From Actinomycetota bacterium (lineage in GTDB: Bacteria > Actinomycetota > Acidimicrobiia > Acidimicrobiales > AC-14), in NCBI GenBank assembly GCA_005888325.1, contig VAWU01000030.1:80349-133890 (forward strand): 53,542 nucleotides of DNA. The letters run 5' to 3'. Positions 20,099 to 29,630 of the stretch are shown here, piece by piece (the stretch's first letter is position 1; the number at the start of each line of letters is the position of its first letter). The notes under the pieces were generated by a model, which did not search any database, was not told the DNA's origin, and saw only the letters and a program-made list of their open reading frames with translations. The translations under genes and the position numbers were made by a program.

Positions 20099-21270
20099 CG
20101 ACGATCGAGCAGGCCTTCCGCGAGCAGTGGGGCCGTGTCCTCGCTGCGCTCATCGGCTTCCTCGGCGACTTCGACCTCGCCGAGGAAGTCGCGCAGGAGG
20201 CGTTTGCGATCGCCGCGGAGCGCTGGCCGCTCGACGGAGTCCCGCGGAACCCCGGTGCCTGGTTGCTGACGACGGCGCGCAACCGGGCACTCAATCGCAT
20301 TCGCCGCGACCGCACCCTGGTCACGAAGACCCGCCTGCTCCAGGTGCCTGAGGAAGCGGAGGACACGATGGACGCCACCTCATTTCCAGACGAGCGACTC
20401 GAGCTCATCTTCACCTGCTGTCACCCGGCACTCGCCACCGAGGCGCAGGTCGCGCTCACCCTGCGGACGCTCGGCGGTCTCACCACCGACGAGATCGCCC
20501 GTGCCTTCCTGGTGCGAGAGGCGACGATGGCCCAGCGGCTCGTGCGGGCGAAGCGCAAGATCAAGGCCGCGGCGATCCCGTTCCGGGTTCCTGCCGACGA
20601 CGTGTTGCCCGAGCGGCTCGCCGCCGTGCTCGCAGTCGTCTACCTGATCTTCAACGCGGGCTACGGCGGCCGCGACGAGCTGGCGAGCGAGGCGCTCTGG
20701 CTCGGGCGCGCGCTCGCCGAGTTGATGGCCGACGAGCCGGAGGTGCACGGCCTGCTCGCGATGATGCTGTTGCTCGACGCCCGCCGAGAGGCGCGGGTCC
20801 GGGACGGCGACCTCGTGCTCCTCGCCGACCAGGACCGATCGCTCTGGGACACGGCACAGATCACAAAGGGCCGTGAAGCGCTCGACCGCGCCCTGGCGTT
20901 GGACGGCCGAGGCCCCTACGTCGTGCAAGCAGCGATCGCGTCCCTGCACGCCGAGGAGCCGCGCGACTGGCCCCAGATCGCCGCGCTCTACGGCGAGCTC
21001 ACCCGGCTCACCGACTCGCCGATCGTCGAGCTGAACCGAGCCGTCGCGGTCGCCGAAGAGGAGGGTCCCGAGGCGGGGCTCGAGATCATCGATCGCCTCC
21101 CCCTCGAGGACTACCACTACCTACACGCGACGCGAGGCGAGCTGTTGCGGCGCATCGGCCGCATCGCAGAGGCCCGCGTTGCCTACAGCCGTGCGCTGGC
21201 GCTCGTCCACGACGACGCCGAGCGGCGTCTGCTCCAACGACGGCTGTCGGAGGTCCCGCGGTCGGGGTGA
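20092..21270 (+). CDS. ECF-type sigma-70 factor with a long C-terminal TPR-like extension (DUF6596-type)
   Basis: The GTG start overlaps the YciI stop. Region 2 is FREQWGRVLAALIGFLGDFDLAEEVAQEAF and region 4 is LTTDEIARAFLVREATMAQRLVRAKRKI. About 200 further residues follow. Confidence 0.7.
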   Translation: MVATIEQAFREQWGRVLAALIGFLGDFDLAEEVAQEAFAIAAERWPLDGVPRNPGAWLLTTARNRALNRIRRDRTLVTKTRLLQVPEEAEDTMDATSFPDERLELIFTCCHPALATEAQVALTLRTLGGLTTDEIARAFLVREATMAQRLVRAKRKIKAAAIPFRVPADDVLPERLAAVLAVVYLIFNAGYGGRDELASEALWLGRALAELMADEPEVHGLLAMMLLLDARREARVRDGDLVLLADQDRSLWDTAQITKGREALDRALALDGRGPYVVQAAIASLHAEEPRDWPQIAALYGELTRLTDSPIVELNRAVAVAEEEGPEAGLEIIDRLPLEDYHYLHATRGELLRRIGRIAEARVAYSRALALVHDDAERRLLQRRLSEVPRSG

Positions 21271-21306
21271 GCGACCGAACCGCCGGCGCCGTGACACGAC
21301 GCCGCC

Positions 21307-21961
21307 TTACGGATCATCTGTTGGTGCAATCGCCGACGTTCGCAGTCGGTCGCGGGCGTGGGTGAGGCCGACGGCAAGCACGATGATGCCTGCCCCCGGG
21401 ATGATCCACGGCGGGAAGAGGTTGGCGACGAGCGCTCCGATTCCGACTCCCCTCGTGACGCGCTTGAGCGCCAAGAGCACGATCGCCACCAACGTCGCCG
21501 CGATGAGCACGAGCAGGATCCCCTTGTCGGTCAGATTGTGGCCCGACGTGTATCCCGTACGCGCCGTGCCGAGCGCGTCGGCCTGCGTATCGCTCCAGTT
21601 GTCTTTCCCGATCGCGTTCACCACTCGCACGTTGCCGACCTACGGCCCGTCGGCCACCGGGGACGGCCCACAGGATGACGGCGACGAGGGCGACGACCGG
21701 GGGCACCACTTCGGCGGATTCCAGATGCCCGGCGCCGTGGCCCTTGCGCCCCGGGAAGATCTGATCCATCACCAGTCCCCCGACCACGCCGACCACGATG
21801 AAGGCGGCGATCGGCCACCAACGGCGCAGGATCGAGCGAGCCTCGATCGGTCCACGAGGCTCCCTCAGTCGAAGACGGATCGAGGGGACGACGGTCTTGC
21901 GTGCCAGTAGCCAAATGCAGATCAGCAACGCCGCCATCAGGGCGTACAACACGACGACCAC
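21307..21961 (-). pseudogene. multi-TM membrane protein whose reading frame is broken near nt ~21640 (frameshift or assembly error)
   Basis: The N-terminal half (21961 down to ~21645) has GC-rich third codon positions and three TM helices, including VVPPVVALVAVILWAVPG. The C-terminal half continues in another frame (21630..21307) with two further TM helices (GILLVLIAATLVAIVLLAL, IIPGAGIIVLAVGL). Confidence 0.45.
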
Positions 21962-22004
21962 CCCAGTCCAGAACGCGATCAGCAGTGAGACGATATCGCG
22001 GCGC

Positions 22005-23408
22005 TTACGCCACGCCGGGGTCCGATCTCAGAGCGGGGTTCGGCAGGTTGGGTGGCCTCTCGAACGCGGGCGGGCCCGACAGGTCGAGCGAGTCGAGCAG
22101 GTCGTCGGCTTCGGCGTCACGCCGTGTCAGCGGAGGCAGGTTCCACTTCGTCTCGATGAGCTTGAGTATCGAGGTGTGGTCGTGAACGACGTGTGAGACA
22201 TAGTCCGGCCGGGCATACGGCGAGACGAGGACCGCAGGCACCCGGAAGCCGTAGCGGTCGAACCGCCAAGGTCCGCCGGTCTCGATCGGGTGGTCGTCGG
22301 GCTCGACGGCCGAGGGTGGCGGCACGTGGTCGTAGTAGCCACCGTGCTCGTCGTACACCCAGATCAGCAAGGTTCCCATCCATCCCTTGCCGGCCATGAC
22401 CGCATTGATGATGCGAGCCGCGAACGCTTCGCCGTGTTGGATGTCCTGCGGGTTCTCTTCGGAGTTCTTGCGGAAGTCGGGGTCGACGATGCTGACGGAG
22501 GGAAGTCGCCCGGCCGCGGCATCGCTGATGAAGCGATCGATGGAATGCACATGAGAGAGGTAACGCAGGATGCCGACGGGATAGGCGTCGGCGGTGAACT
22601 GGAGGAACGACTTGGCCTCGGTTCCGACGTTCCCAAACCGACGGTTCAGACCCTTCAGGATGCTTCTGACGCGGCGCGAGAGGCGGAGGCCGTGCACACC
22701 GAGGCCGCGTTTCAGCGCGGGCCCGCGATGGGGGACCGAGTGATAGTTCGCCCAACTGATTCGATGGGTCGTGAGCAAGTCGAACACCGTCCCGTTGGCG
22801 GGGTGGTCGAAGGTGTGGGCGATGCTGTCGGTTGTCAGACCGTTGGCCGTCCCGGCCACCAGGAACCGCCGATTCGGGAACGTCGGGCCCAGACATGACG
22901 AGAACCATCGGTCGGCGACCGGGAACGCCCGGGCGAGTCCGTAGTAGAACGGCAGATCGACGTCGTTCCAGCAGCCCATCGCCACGCTCGGGTCGACGTC
23001 GGAGCGTTGACGTTCGGCGCTGCGAACGAAGCCATCGTTGTTCCCGTTCGCCCATTGCTCGTGGCTCGCCTCCCATGACTGTGACGGCACTCGGGCATGC
23101 TGCTCCGTCGTCGCGAACCGCTTGGAGCCGAGGAGCCGACCGCCTGCGGTCGCATTGACGGCGTCGGGATTGCCGTCCGCGTCGACCGGCAAGCCGTCAC
23201 CGCGACCGAGCACACCCAGGTAGTTGTCGAAGGAATGGTTCTCCATCATCAGGACCACGATGTGACGAATCTGGGGCAGCGTGTCCGAGCCAACGGGCAC
23301 GTCCGGGTTCGGCGGCGGGAAGCGGTGCTGGTCGCCGGAGCGCTCGAAGCGTCGAGCAAGGCGTGCTTCCATGCCCTGCAGGACACGGCTGATCGAAGCC
23401 ATCGCCAT
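22005..23408 (-). CDS. phosphoesterase family protein (phospholipase C / acid phosphatase AcpA family)
   Basis: The hallmark IRHIVVLMMENHSFDNYLGVLG lies ~45 aa from the proposed ATG at 23408. No N-terminal signal peptide is evident. Confidence 0.65.
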   Translation of the reverse strand: MAMASISRVLQGMEARLARRFERSGDQHRFPPPNPDVPVGSDTLPQIRHIVVLMMENHSFDNYLGVLGRGDGLPVDADGNPDAVNATAGGRLLGSKRFATTEQHARVPSQSWEASHEQWANGNNDGFVRSAERQRSDVDPSVAMGCWNDVDLPFYYGLARAFPVADRWFSSCLGPTFPNRRFLVAGTANGLTTDSIAHTFDHPANGTVFDLLTTHRISWANYHSVPHRGPALKRGLGVHGLRLSRRVRSILKGLNRRFGNVGTEAKSFLQFTADAYPVGILRYLSHVHSIDRFISDAAAGRLPSVSIVDPDFRKNSEENPQDIQHGEAFAARIINAVMAGKGWMGTLLIWVYDEHGGYYDHVPPPSAVEPDDHPIETGGPWRFDRYGFRVPAVLVSPYARPDYVSHVVHDHTSILKLIETKWNLPPLTRRDAEADDLLDSLDLSGPPAFERPPNLPNPALRSDPGVA

Positions 23409-23488
23409 CCTGCTCACGAGAAGCGACCGGTGGTGTCGCCAGGCGGCTGGGTCGGAGCGCAGCCTTGCACATCTGCCGGCGCGACAAG

Positions 23489-24322
23489 ATGGGCGAGATG
23501 GCGTACGACCCGACCATCTATCGAGGAGCAGCGCGGCACTACTGCAACGGCCGACCGCCCTACTCGGCCGACCTCGCCGGCGTGCTCGGCCGCGAGCTTG
23601 CACTCGGCCTGGGCGGGAGACTGCTCGACGTGGGGTGCGGCCCGGGGGTGTTGACGCTCGAGCTGGCCGCGCACTTCTCAGAAGCCATCGGCCTCGACCC
23701 CGACCCGGACATGCTCGCGGAGGGCGCCCGGCGAGCCCGCGAGCTCGGCGTTGGCAACGCGCGATGGATCCGCGCGCGGGCGGAGGAGATCGTCGGGCTG
23801 GATCTCGGCCCGTTTCGCCTCGTCACCTTTGGCCAGTCCTTCCACTGGACGGAACGTGAGCGGGTCGCGGAGGCGGTCTTCGACATCCTCGAGCCTGGCG
23901 GCGCGGTGGCGTTGATCGCGCACACCGTGGAGGGTCGGACCTTCCCCCCGAGACTCGATCACCCACTGATCCCGCACGACGAGATCAAGCAACTCGTGGC
24001 GCGCTATCTCGGATCGAACCGACGGGCGGGGCAGGGATGCGCGCCGGACTCGACGGATCGTTACGAGGATGCGTTGGCGCGCACTCGGTTCGGTCGACCG
24101 CGTCAGGTCTTCGCGCCCGGTCGACCCGACATCATTCGCGACACCGACAGCATCGTGGATGGTTACTTCTCGATGTCGTCATCCGCGCCGCACCTGTTCG
24201 GAAGCAGCCGCGATCAGTTCGAAGCCGACCTCCGAGATCTGCTCCAAGAGCATTCGGCCGACGGGCTGTTCTGGGATTGGCCAGGTGACACGGAGATCGT
24301 CGTGGGCGCCAAGCCTGCGTGA
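23489..24322 (+). CDS. class I SAM-dependent methyltransferase
   Basis: Motif I is LLDVGCGPGVLTLELAAHF and motif II is FRLVTFGQSFHW. Confidence 0.65.
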   Translation: MGEMAYDPTIYRGAARHYCNGRPPYSADLAGVLGRELALGLGGRLLDVGCGPGVLTLELAAHFSEAIGLDPDPDMLAEGARRARELGVGNARWIRARAEEIVGLDLGPFRLVTFGQSFHWTERERVAEAVFDILEPGGAVALIAHTVEGRTFPPRLDHPLIPHDEIKQLVARYLGSNRRAGQGCAPDSTDRYEDALARTRFGRPRQVFAPGRPDIIRDTDSIVDGYFSMSSSAPHLFGSSRDQFEADLRDLLQEHSADGLFWDWPGDTEIVVGAKPA

Positions 24323-24671
24323 GGGTCTCGCCGGGCGCCCGTCAGAAGCCTGGCCTTCGCCTGGCTCGCTTGGCGCGGGCTTCTCTTTGCCGCTCTTCTA
24401 TCTCTGCGTCCAGCCGTCGCCAGTACGCGCGTCGTTCCTCTGGGCTCATCGCTCCTTCGCGAGCTGGGGGCGTCGCCGCGGTCGAGCGTCGGCGGTCCTC
24501 CCGTGCAGCACGAACGGCGGCGGCCCACGCGGCGGGACGGGACGAGGGCCAACCTGCCCCGTCCTTCGCTAGGTTCGTCATTCCTTCCCCCGAGTGCCCG
24601 TCCCCCCGAGCGCACGGAAGTCTGCCGGACACGAGGGACGGCGCGCCAGCCACGCCTCTCGGCGACGACGA

Positions 24672-25955
24672 TCAAGCGCCGGCTTGTCCGCTGCGTTCCA
24701 GTGGAGTCGGGAGCATGCCGTTGTTCCCGGCGGCGTTGTTCCCCGCGGCAGCCGTCGACTTCTTGAGCGTGTCGAGAATCGACAAGCCCTGCCCGACGAG
24801 CCCGGCGACGACCTCGTTGATCCCCTCGGTGCCGTTGAGGATGGTCAGGTTCGACCCGGCGATCCCCTGGGCCGCGGCCTGCACGATCGACGGAAGCGCC
24901 TCGATGATGCGGTTGGCTGCAATGAGCTCCTGGTTGCCGTCCCTCAGCGAGCCGGCCCGGGCCTTGTTGGCGTCGGCTTGCGCGTCCGCGGTCGTCCGCT
25001 CGGCGTACGCGGTTCCGTCCGCTTGGATCTTCACCGCTTGGGCTTCGGCCTCCGCGAGCGTCGTCCTGCGGTAGGCGTCTCCCTCCGCACCGAACTTCGC
25101 CTGGTCGCGCTGAGCCTCGGCCAGGGTGCGCTGCTTGTACGCCTCTGCGTCGGCGGGCCGGCGGACGTCGGCCTCGAGGCGTTGGGCGGCGAGGTCGGCT
25201 TGGCGTTGCGCCAGGGCCGTCTGCTGCTCGATGACGTCCTGCGACGCCTTCGCCTCGGCGAGCAGTCCCGCCTGGGCGGCCTGGGCGTTGGCTTGCTCGG
25301 TCTCAGCTTGGAACCCTGCACGTTTGATGGCGGTGTCCCGCTCGTACTGGGCCTTCAGGGCCGCGGCCTGCTGTTCCCGCTCTGCTGCCTCCTGGTCGGC
25401 CTTCGCCTGGGCGATGCGCGCCTGGCTGGCCACTGCGGCGGCATGCGGGGCGGCGAGGTTGTTGATGTAGCCGGAGGCGTCTTCGATCTCTTGGATCTGC
25501 AGCGCGTCGACGACGATGCCCAGCTTTTCCATCTCGGCGTGACTGCCGTCCTTGATCTCCTGGGCGACGCGATCGCGCTCCCGGATGATCTGCTCGACGG
25601 TGAGGCCGCCGATGATGGACCGGAGGTGGCCCGCGAAGACCCGACCGACGAGCTCCTCCATGCGATTCTGCTCGGACAGGAAGCGGCGGGCGGCGTTGGC
25701 GATCGACACCGCGTCGTCGCCGACCTTGAACACGGCGACGGCCCGAACCTTGAGGCGGATGCCCTGGTTCGTGACGCAGTCCTCGACGATCTCGGCCTCG
25801 CGCAACGCCAAGGCGAGGATTCGAGCCTTCTGCTTGACCGGGAGGACGAAGCTTCCGTGCCCGGTGACGATGCGGAACTGCGTGTCCTGCGCTTGGCGCT
25901 TCGAGCCAGAGATCAGCAGGGCCTCGTTCGGCGCCGGAACATGCCAGAAGAACAT
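24672..25955 (-). CDS. flotillin / SPFH (band 7) domain protein
   Basis: The N-terminus (MFFWHVPAPNEALLISG) is flotillin-typical. An SPFH domain is followed by a long Ala/Glu/Gln-rich coiled coil. Confidence 0.8.
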   Translation of the reverse strand: MFFWHVPAPNEALLISGSKRQAQDTQFRIVTGHGSFVLPVKQKARILALALREAEIVEDCVTNQGIRLKVRAVAVFKVGDDAVSIANAARRFLSEQNRMEELVGRVFAGHLRSIIGGLTVEQIIRERDRVAQEIKDGSHAEMEKLGIVVDALQIQEIEDASGYINNLAAPHAAAVASQARIAQAKADQEAAEREQQAAALKAQYERDTAIKRAGFQAETEQANAQAAQAGLLAEAKASQDVIEQQTALAQRQADLAAQRLEADVRRPADAEAYKQRTLAEAQRDQAKFGAEGDAYRRTTLAEAEAQAVKIQADGTAYAERTTADAQADANKARAGSLRDGNQELIAANRIIEALPSIVQAAAQGIAGSNLTILNGTEGINEVVAGLVGQGLSILDTLKKSTAAAGNNAAGNNGMLPTPLERSGQAGA

Positions 25956-25976
25956 GGGGACTCCTTTGGTGACGGG

Positions 25977-26189
25977 CTACGGGAAGGGCGTGACGATGAC
26001 CGAACGTGCGGACGTGCAGTCGATGACCAGGACGCGGGTGTGCTTCTCGATCTCCTCGTCCGACCAGGCCGCGAATGCCTCCGTCCCGCCACGTACCGGA
26101 AGGAGCACCTCACCCGGACCATCGGCCGGGATGGGGACGGTCACCCACCCGACCATGCCGAGCACGCTCTGTTCTGCGTCAGCCGGCAC
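25977..26189 (-). CDS. NfeD-like C-terminal OB-fold protein (no TM segment)
   Basis: The 70-aa ORF lies immediately upstream of the flotillin gene. GEVLLPVRGGTEAFAAWSDEEIEKHTRVLVIDCTSARSVIV resembles the NfeD beta-barrel. Confidence 0.55.
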   Translation of the reverse strand: MPADAEQSVLGMVGWVTVPIPADGPGEVLLPVRGGTEAFAAWSDEEIEKHTRVLVIDCTSARSVIVTPFP

Positions 26190-26299
26190 GCCCGACCGCC
26201 GTCATTGCCCTCTGCCGCATCTCGACTCCTTAGCAGTGGCCACTCTACCGAGTGGTGACGGAAATGATCTGAGCCCCATTCCGGGGTCGATCCGTCGGG

Positions 26300-27780
26300 T
26301 CAGGAGCGCCGAGGCCTCGCCGGAAGCTGGTTGATCGCGTGATGGCCGGCGCCCCAGAGGTGCTGGACCGCGTAGGCGCGCCACGGGCGCCACCTTCGGG
26401 CTCGTTCGGTCAGGGCAGCAGGCGAGCTCGGTAGTCGCCGCGTCTTCGCCCCGAGCCGGACACCCAGATCGGTCGGAAGAAACGCATCGGGATCGCCGAG
26501 CGCGCGCATCGCAATGGTCGAGCGCGTCCACGGTCCGACTCCCGGAACGTCGGCGAGTCGTTCGAGCGCGGTGCCCCACTCACCACCCACGCTGAGATCG
26601 ACCTTGCGTCGGCGAGTGCCTGGGCGAGCGCGATGAACGTGCGACGCCGGCTGCCGGGCATCGCCAGCGTGGTGGGGTCGACCTCGGCGATGGTCGTGGT
26701 CGCGGGGAAGAGATGCGTGAGACCGCCGCTGGGGTCGTCGATCGGCTCACCGGACGCGACGACGAGCCCGCCCGCGAGTGTGCGTGCCGCGGCGGTGCTG
26801 ATCTGCTGTCCCAGCACGACGCGGAGCGCGAGCTCGTGCTCGTCGACCGTCCGCGGGACCCGTGGACCGGGTGACGCCTTGATCAGCGGTCGCAGAGCAG
26901 GATCCTTGGCCAGCGCGGCATCGACTGCGACCGGGTCGGCATCGAGGTCCAACAAGCGTCGGCAGCGCGCGATCGCAGTGGAGAAGTCCCGCATGTCGGT
27001 GAGGGTGAGCCGGCAACTGACGTGGTCGCGCTGTGGTGAGAGGGCGACGATCCCCGACCCGAACGGCAGGCGCATCGTGCGCCGGTAGGCACCGTCGCGC
27101 CACTCTTCGACCCCGGGCACAGCCGTCGCCGCGAGGTGGCCGAAGAGGCTGTCGGGCCAGAGGGGCGATCAGAACGCGAGCCGCACCGTCACGGACCCGG
27201 GCGTCGACGGCGCCCTGACCTCGGCCGCTGCCCGCAGCGCGGAGGGCGACGTCGCGAACACCTCGCGGACGGTGTCGTTGAACTGCCGGATGCTGCCGAA
27301 TCCCGCCGCGAAGGCCACATCGCTCATCGAGAGGACCGTCGTCTCCAGCAGCACCCGAGCGGCCTGCGCTCGTTGCGCGCGCGCGACCGCGACCGGTCCC
27401 GCCCCGAGAACCGCGGTCATCTGACGCTGAAGCTGCCGGCGGCTGTATCCGAGGCGGTGGGCGAGGCCGTCGACTCCCTCGCGATCCACGATTCCGTCCG
27501 CGATGAGACGGAGCGCGCGCGCGACGAGGTCAGATCGTGTGTCCCATTCGGGCGAGCCCGGGGCGGCGTCGGGACGGCAGCGCTTGCACGCACGGAACCC
27601 GGCTGCCTGTGCGGCGGCCGCGGTGGGCAGGAACCGCATGTTCTCGGGCTTGGGCGGAGCGACCGGGCAGCTCGGCCGGCAGTAGATGCCCGTCGTGACC
27701 ACCGCGCTGACGAACTGTCCGTCGAAGCGGCCGTCGTTCGAGAGCACGGCTCGCAAGCACCGCTCGGTGTCCCGGAACAC
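26300..27780 (-). pseudogene. alkA: ada-alkA fusion: an Ada Zn-finger/AraC-HTH regulatory domain plus DNA-3-methyladenine glycosylase II. It is interrupted by an in-frame TGA (27169-27171) and a frameshift near ~26600.
   Basis: The Ada N-domain (CRPSCP...AraC HTH) ends at a TGA. The same frame continues as SPLWPDSLFGHLAATAVPGVEEW, which aligns with the E. coli AlkA N-terminus PPYDWSWMLGFLAARAVSSVETV. The HhH-GPD part (GVGPWTRSTIAMRALGDPDAFLPTDLGV) sits in a different frame, after LAQALADA. Confidence 0.65.
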
Positions 27781-27871
27781 GGCCCCAGTGTGCCTGCGCG
27801 GGGGCGAGCTTCTCTAGCGGAAATGCGACATCGAGTCGACGGGTGGTCCGCTGCGTCCGGCTTGGTGACGA

Positions 27872-28810
27872 TCAGGCGCCGGTGAGCTTCGCGACGATGG
27901 GTGCGAAGTCACTGGCCTTGTCGCCGGGCACCACCGTGTAGGAGTAGCCCCACCGCTCCCGTCGTTCGAGGAGCCGTTCGCCGATCTCGGTCGGCGCTCC
28001 GACCAGGCTGAGCGGCGATGCGAGCACCGATGCCGGGTCGGTCGCGAAGACGGTGGCGAGCACCTCCGCGAGCTCGCCGCTGGTCTCGGTGACCTCGGCC
28101 ACCGCGAGCCACGCGTTGATCTCGAGATCGTCGAAGCGCTCTCCCGCACCCTCCTGCAGCCATCTCACCTTCTCGTCGATCCGCTCGGGGAGCGAGTCCT
28201 GCGCGGCCGCGGTGTCGACCTCGCCGGAGTGGATCGACGCGTTCACGCCCACGATGTCGGCGACGGCGCCGGCGAATCGCAGCACCCGCGGCGCGCCGCC
28301 GCCGATCAGGAACGGGGGACCGCCCGGGCGGTGCGGCTTCGGTGTGCCGTCGAGATCGGTGATCGAGTAGTGGGTGCCGGCGAACGTGAAGGGGCCGTCC
28401 GCGAAGAGGCCCTTGAGCACCTGGGCGTGTTCGATCATGCGATCGACGCGGACCTTCGGGGGGTCCATCGCGATCCCCGAGCGCTCGTAGTCGAGGCGCT
28501 TCCAACCGGCACCGATGCCCACCTCGAGTCGTCCTTCCGACAGCACGTCGATGCTCGCCAGCTCGCGGGCGAGCACCGCCGGATGGCGGAAGTCGCAGTC
28601 GAGCACCAGCGTTCCGAGGTTGATCGTGGTCGTCACTGCCGCTGCCATGGCGAGCGCCGTGATCGGCCCGAAGCCCTCGTCGAAGTGGTCGGGAACGAAG
28701 AGGGTCGAGTAGCCGAGCCCCTCGACCTCGCGAACCGTGTCGAGCCACGAGCTCCCCTCGAAGGGCTGGTGCAGGTCGACGCCGAAGCGAAACCGACGCG
28801 GATGTGACAT
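27872..28810 (-). CDS. F420-dependent LLM oxidoreductase (TIGR03621-like)
   Basis: The internal ATG at 28810 gives MSHPRRFRFGVDL...LGYSTLFVPDHF. The long listed N-terminal extension is Arg/Asp-rich junk. Confidence 0.65.
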   Translation of the reverse strand: MSHPRRFRFGVDLHQPFEGSSWLDTVREVEGLGYSTLFVPDHFDEGFGPITALAMAAAVTTTINLGTLVLDCDFRHPAVLARELASIDVLSEGRLEVGIGAGWKRLDYERSGIAMDPPKVRVDRMIEHAQVLKGLFADGPFTFAGTHYSITDLDGTPKPHRPGGPPFLIGGGAPRVLRFAGAVADIVGVNASIHSGEVDTAAAQDSLPERIDEKVRWLQEGAGERFDDLEINAWLAVAEVTETSGELAEVLATVFATDPASVLASPLSLVGAPTEIGERLLERRERWGYSYTVVPGDKASDFAPIVAKLTGA

Positions 28811-28885
28811 CGGTCCCAACCTATTTCGAATCACGTTGCGGCGTCGGCGCGGACATCGACCTCCCGGGCCGCGTATGGTGCTCCG

Positions 28886-29530
28886 GTGCATCTTTCGTCC
28901 TCGCCCAAGCCGCGTCTGCGCGGCTGGCTCCACGAGGTCGCGTTCTTCGTGTCGATCCCGGCCGGGGTCGCGCTCGTGGCGCTCGCCCGGGGCGCTGAGG
29001 GCCGGGTGGCCGCGGCGATCTTCGCCGCAAGCCTGACCGGGCTCTACGGCGTGAGCGCCACCTATCACCGCGGCCGCTGGTCGGTCGGTACGCAACGAGT
29101 TCTGAGGCAGCTCGACCACTCCATGATCTTCGTGCTCATCGCCGGCTCCTACACACCGATCACCCTGCTGGCGCTCCGGCCCGCGTGGGGGATCACGCTC
29201 CTCGCGATCGCCTGGACCGGCGCGGCCGTGGGAGTCCTCATCACGGTCTTGCGGCTCGAACGCTGGCACGTCGTCGGGTTCGTGATGTACCTGGCGCTCG
29301 GCTGGCTCGCGGTCGTCGCGACCCACCAACTGCTCCGCACGCTCTCGCCGGTGGAGCTGGCGCTGCTGATCACCGGCGGCCTGCTGTACACCGTCGGCGC
29401 GGTCGTGCTCGCGTGCAGGCGTCCGGACCCACGCCCGGCGGTGTTCGGCTACCACGAGGTCTGGCACTCGTTCGTCGTCGGTGCAGGCGTCTGTCATTTC
29501 GCGCTCGTTCTGCTCCTCGTCCGCGCCTGA
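28886..29530 (+). CDS. hemolysin III / PAQR family membrane protein
   Basis: It has 7 TM helices. The motifs LRGWLHEVAFF...HSMIFVLIAGSYTP...HEVWHSFVV are typical of HlyIII. Confidence 0.75.
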   Translation: MHLSSSPKPRLRGWLHEVAFFVSIPAGVALVALARGAEGRVAAAIFAASLTGLYGVSATYHRGRWSVGTQRVLRQLDHSMIFVLIAGSYTPITLLALRPAWGITLLAIAWTGAAVGVLITVLRLERWHVVGFVMYLALGWLAVVATHQLLRTLSPVELALLITGGLLYTVGAVVLACRRPDPRPAVFGYHEVWHSFVVGAGVCHFALVLLLVRA

Positions 29531-29630
29531 CGCGGTGCGGTCGACTCCAGAGGAGCCGGCGGACCGATACGGTGCCCCATGAGCCCCACCGTCTGTCACG
29601 AGGAAGGACCGTCACAAGGAGGATCGTGCG

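Noticed and set aside
24342-24653. 103-aa minus-strand ORF between the methyltransferase and flotillin genes
   Set aside because: Third codon positions are only ~50% G/C, with AGA/ATA/GAA codons. That is atypical for this genome, and there is no recognisable domain. A small horizontally acquired gene is possible but unsupported.
27872-29599. 575-aa version of the F420 oxidoreductase ORF
   Set aside because: The first ~263 codons are Arg/Asp/Glu-rich junk overlapping the hemolysin-III gene on the other strand. An internal ATG at 28810 gives a canonical LLM protein.
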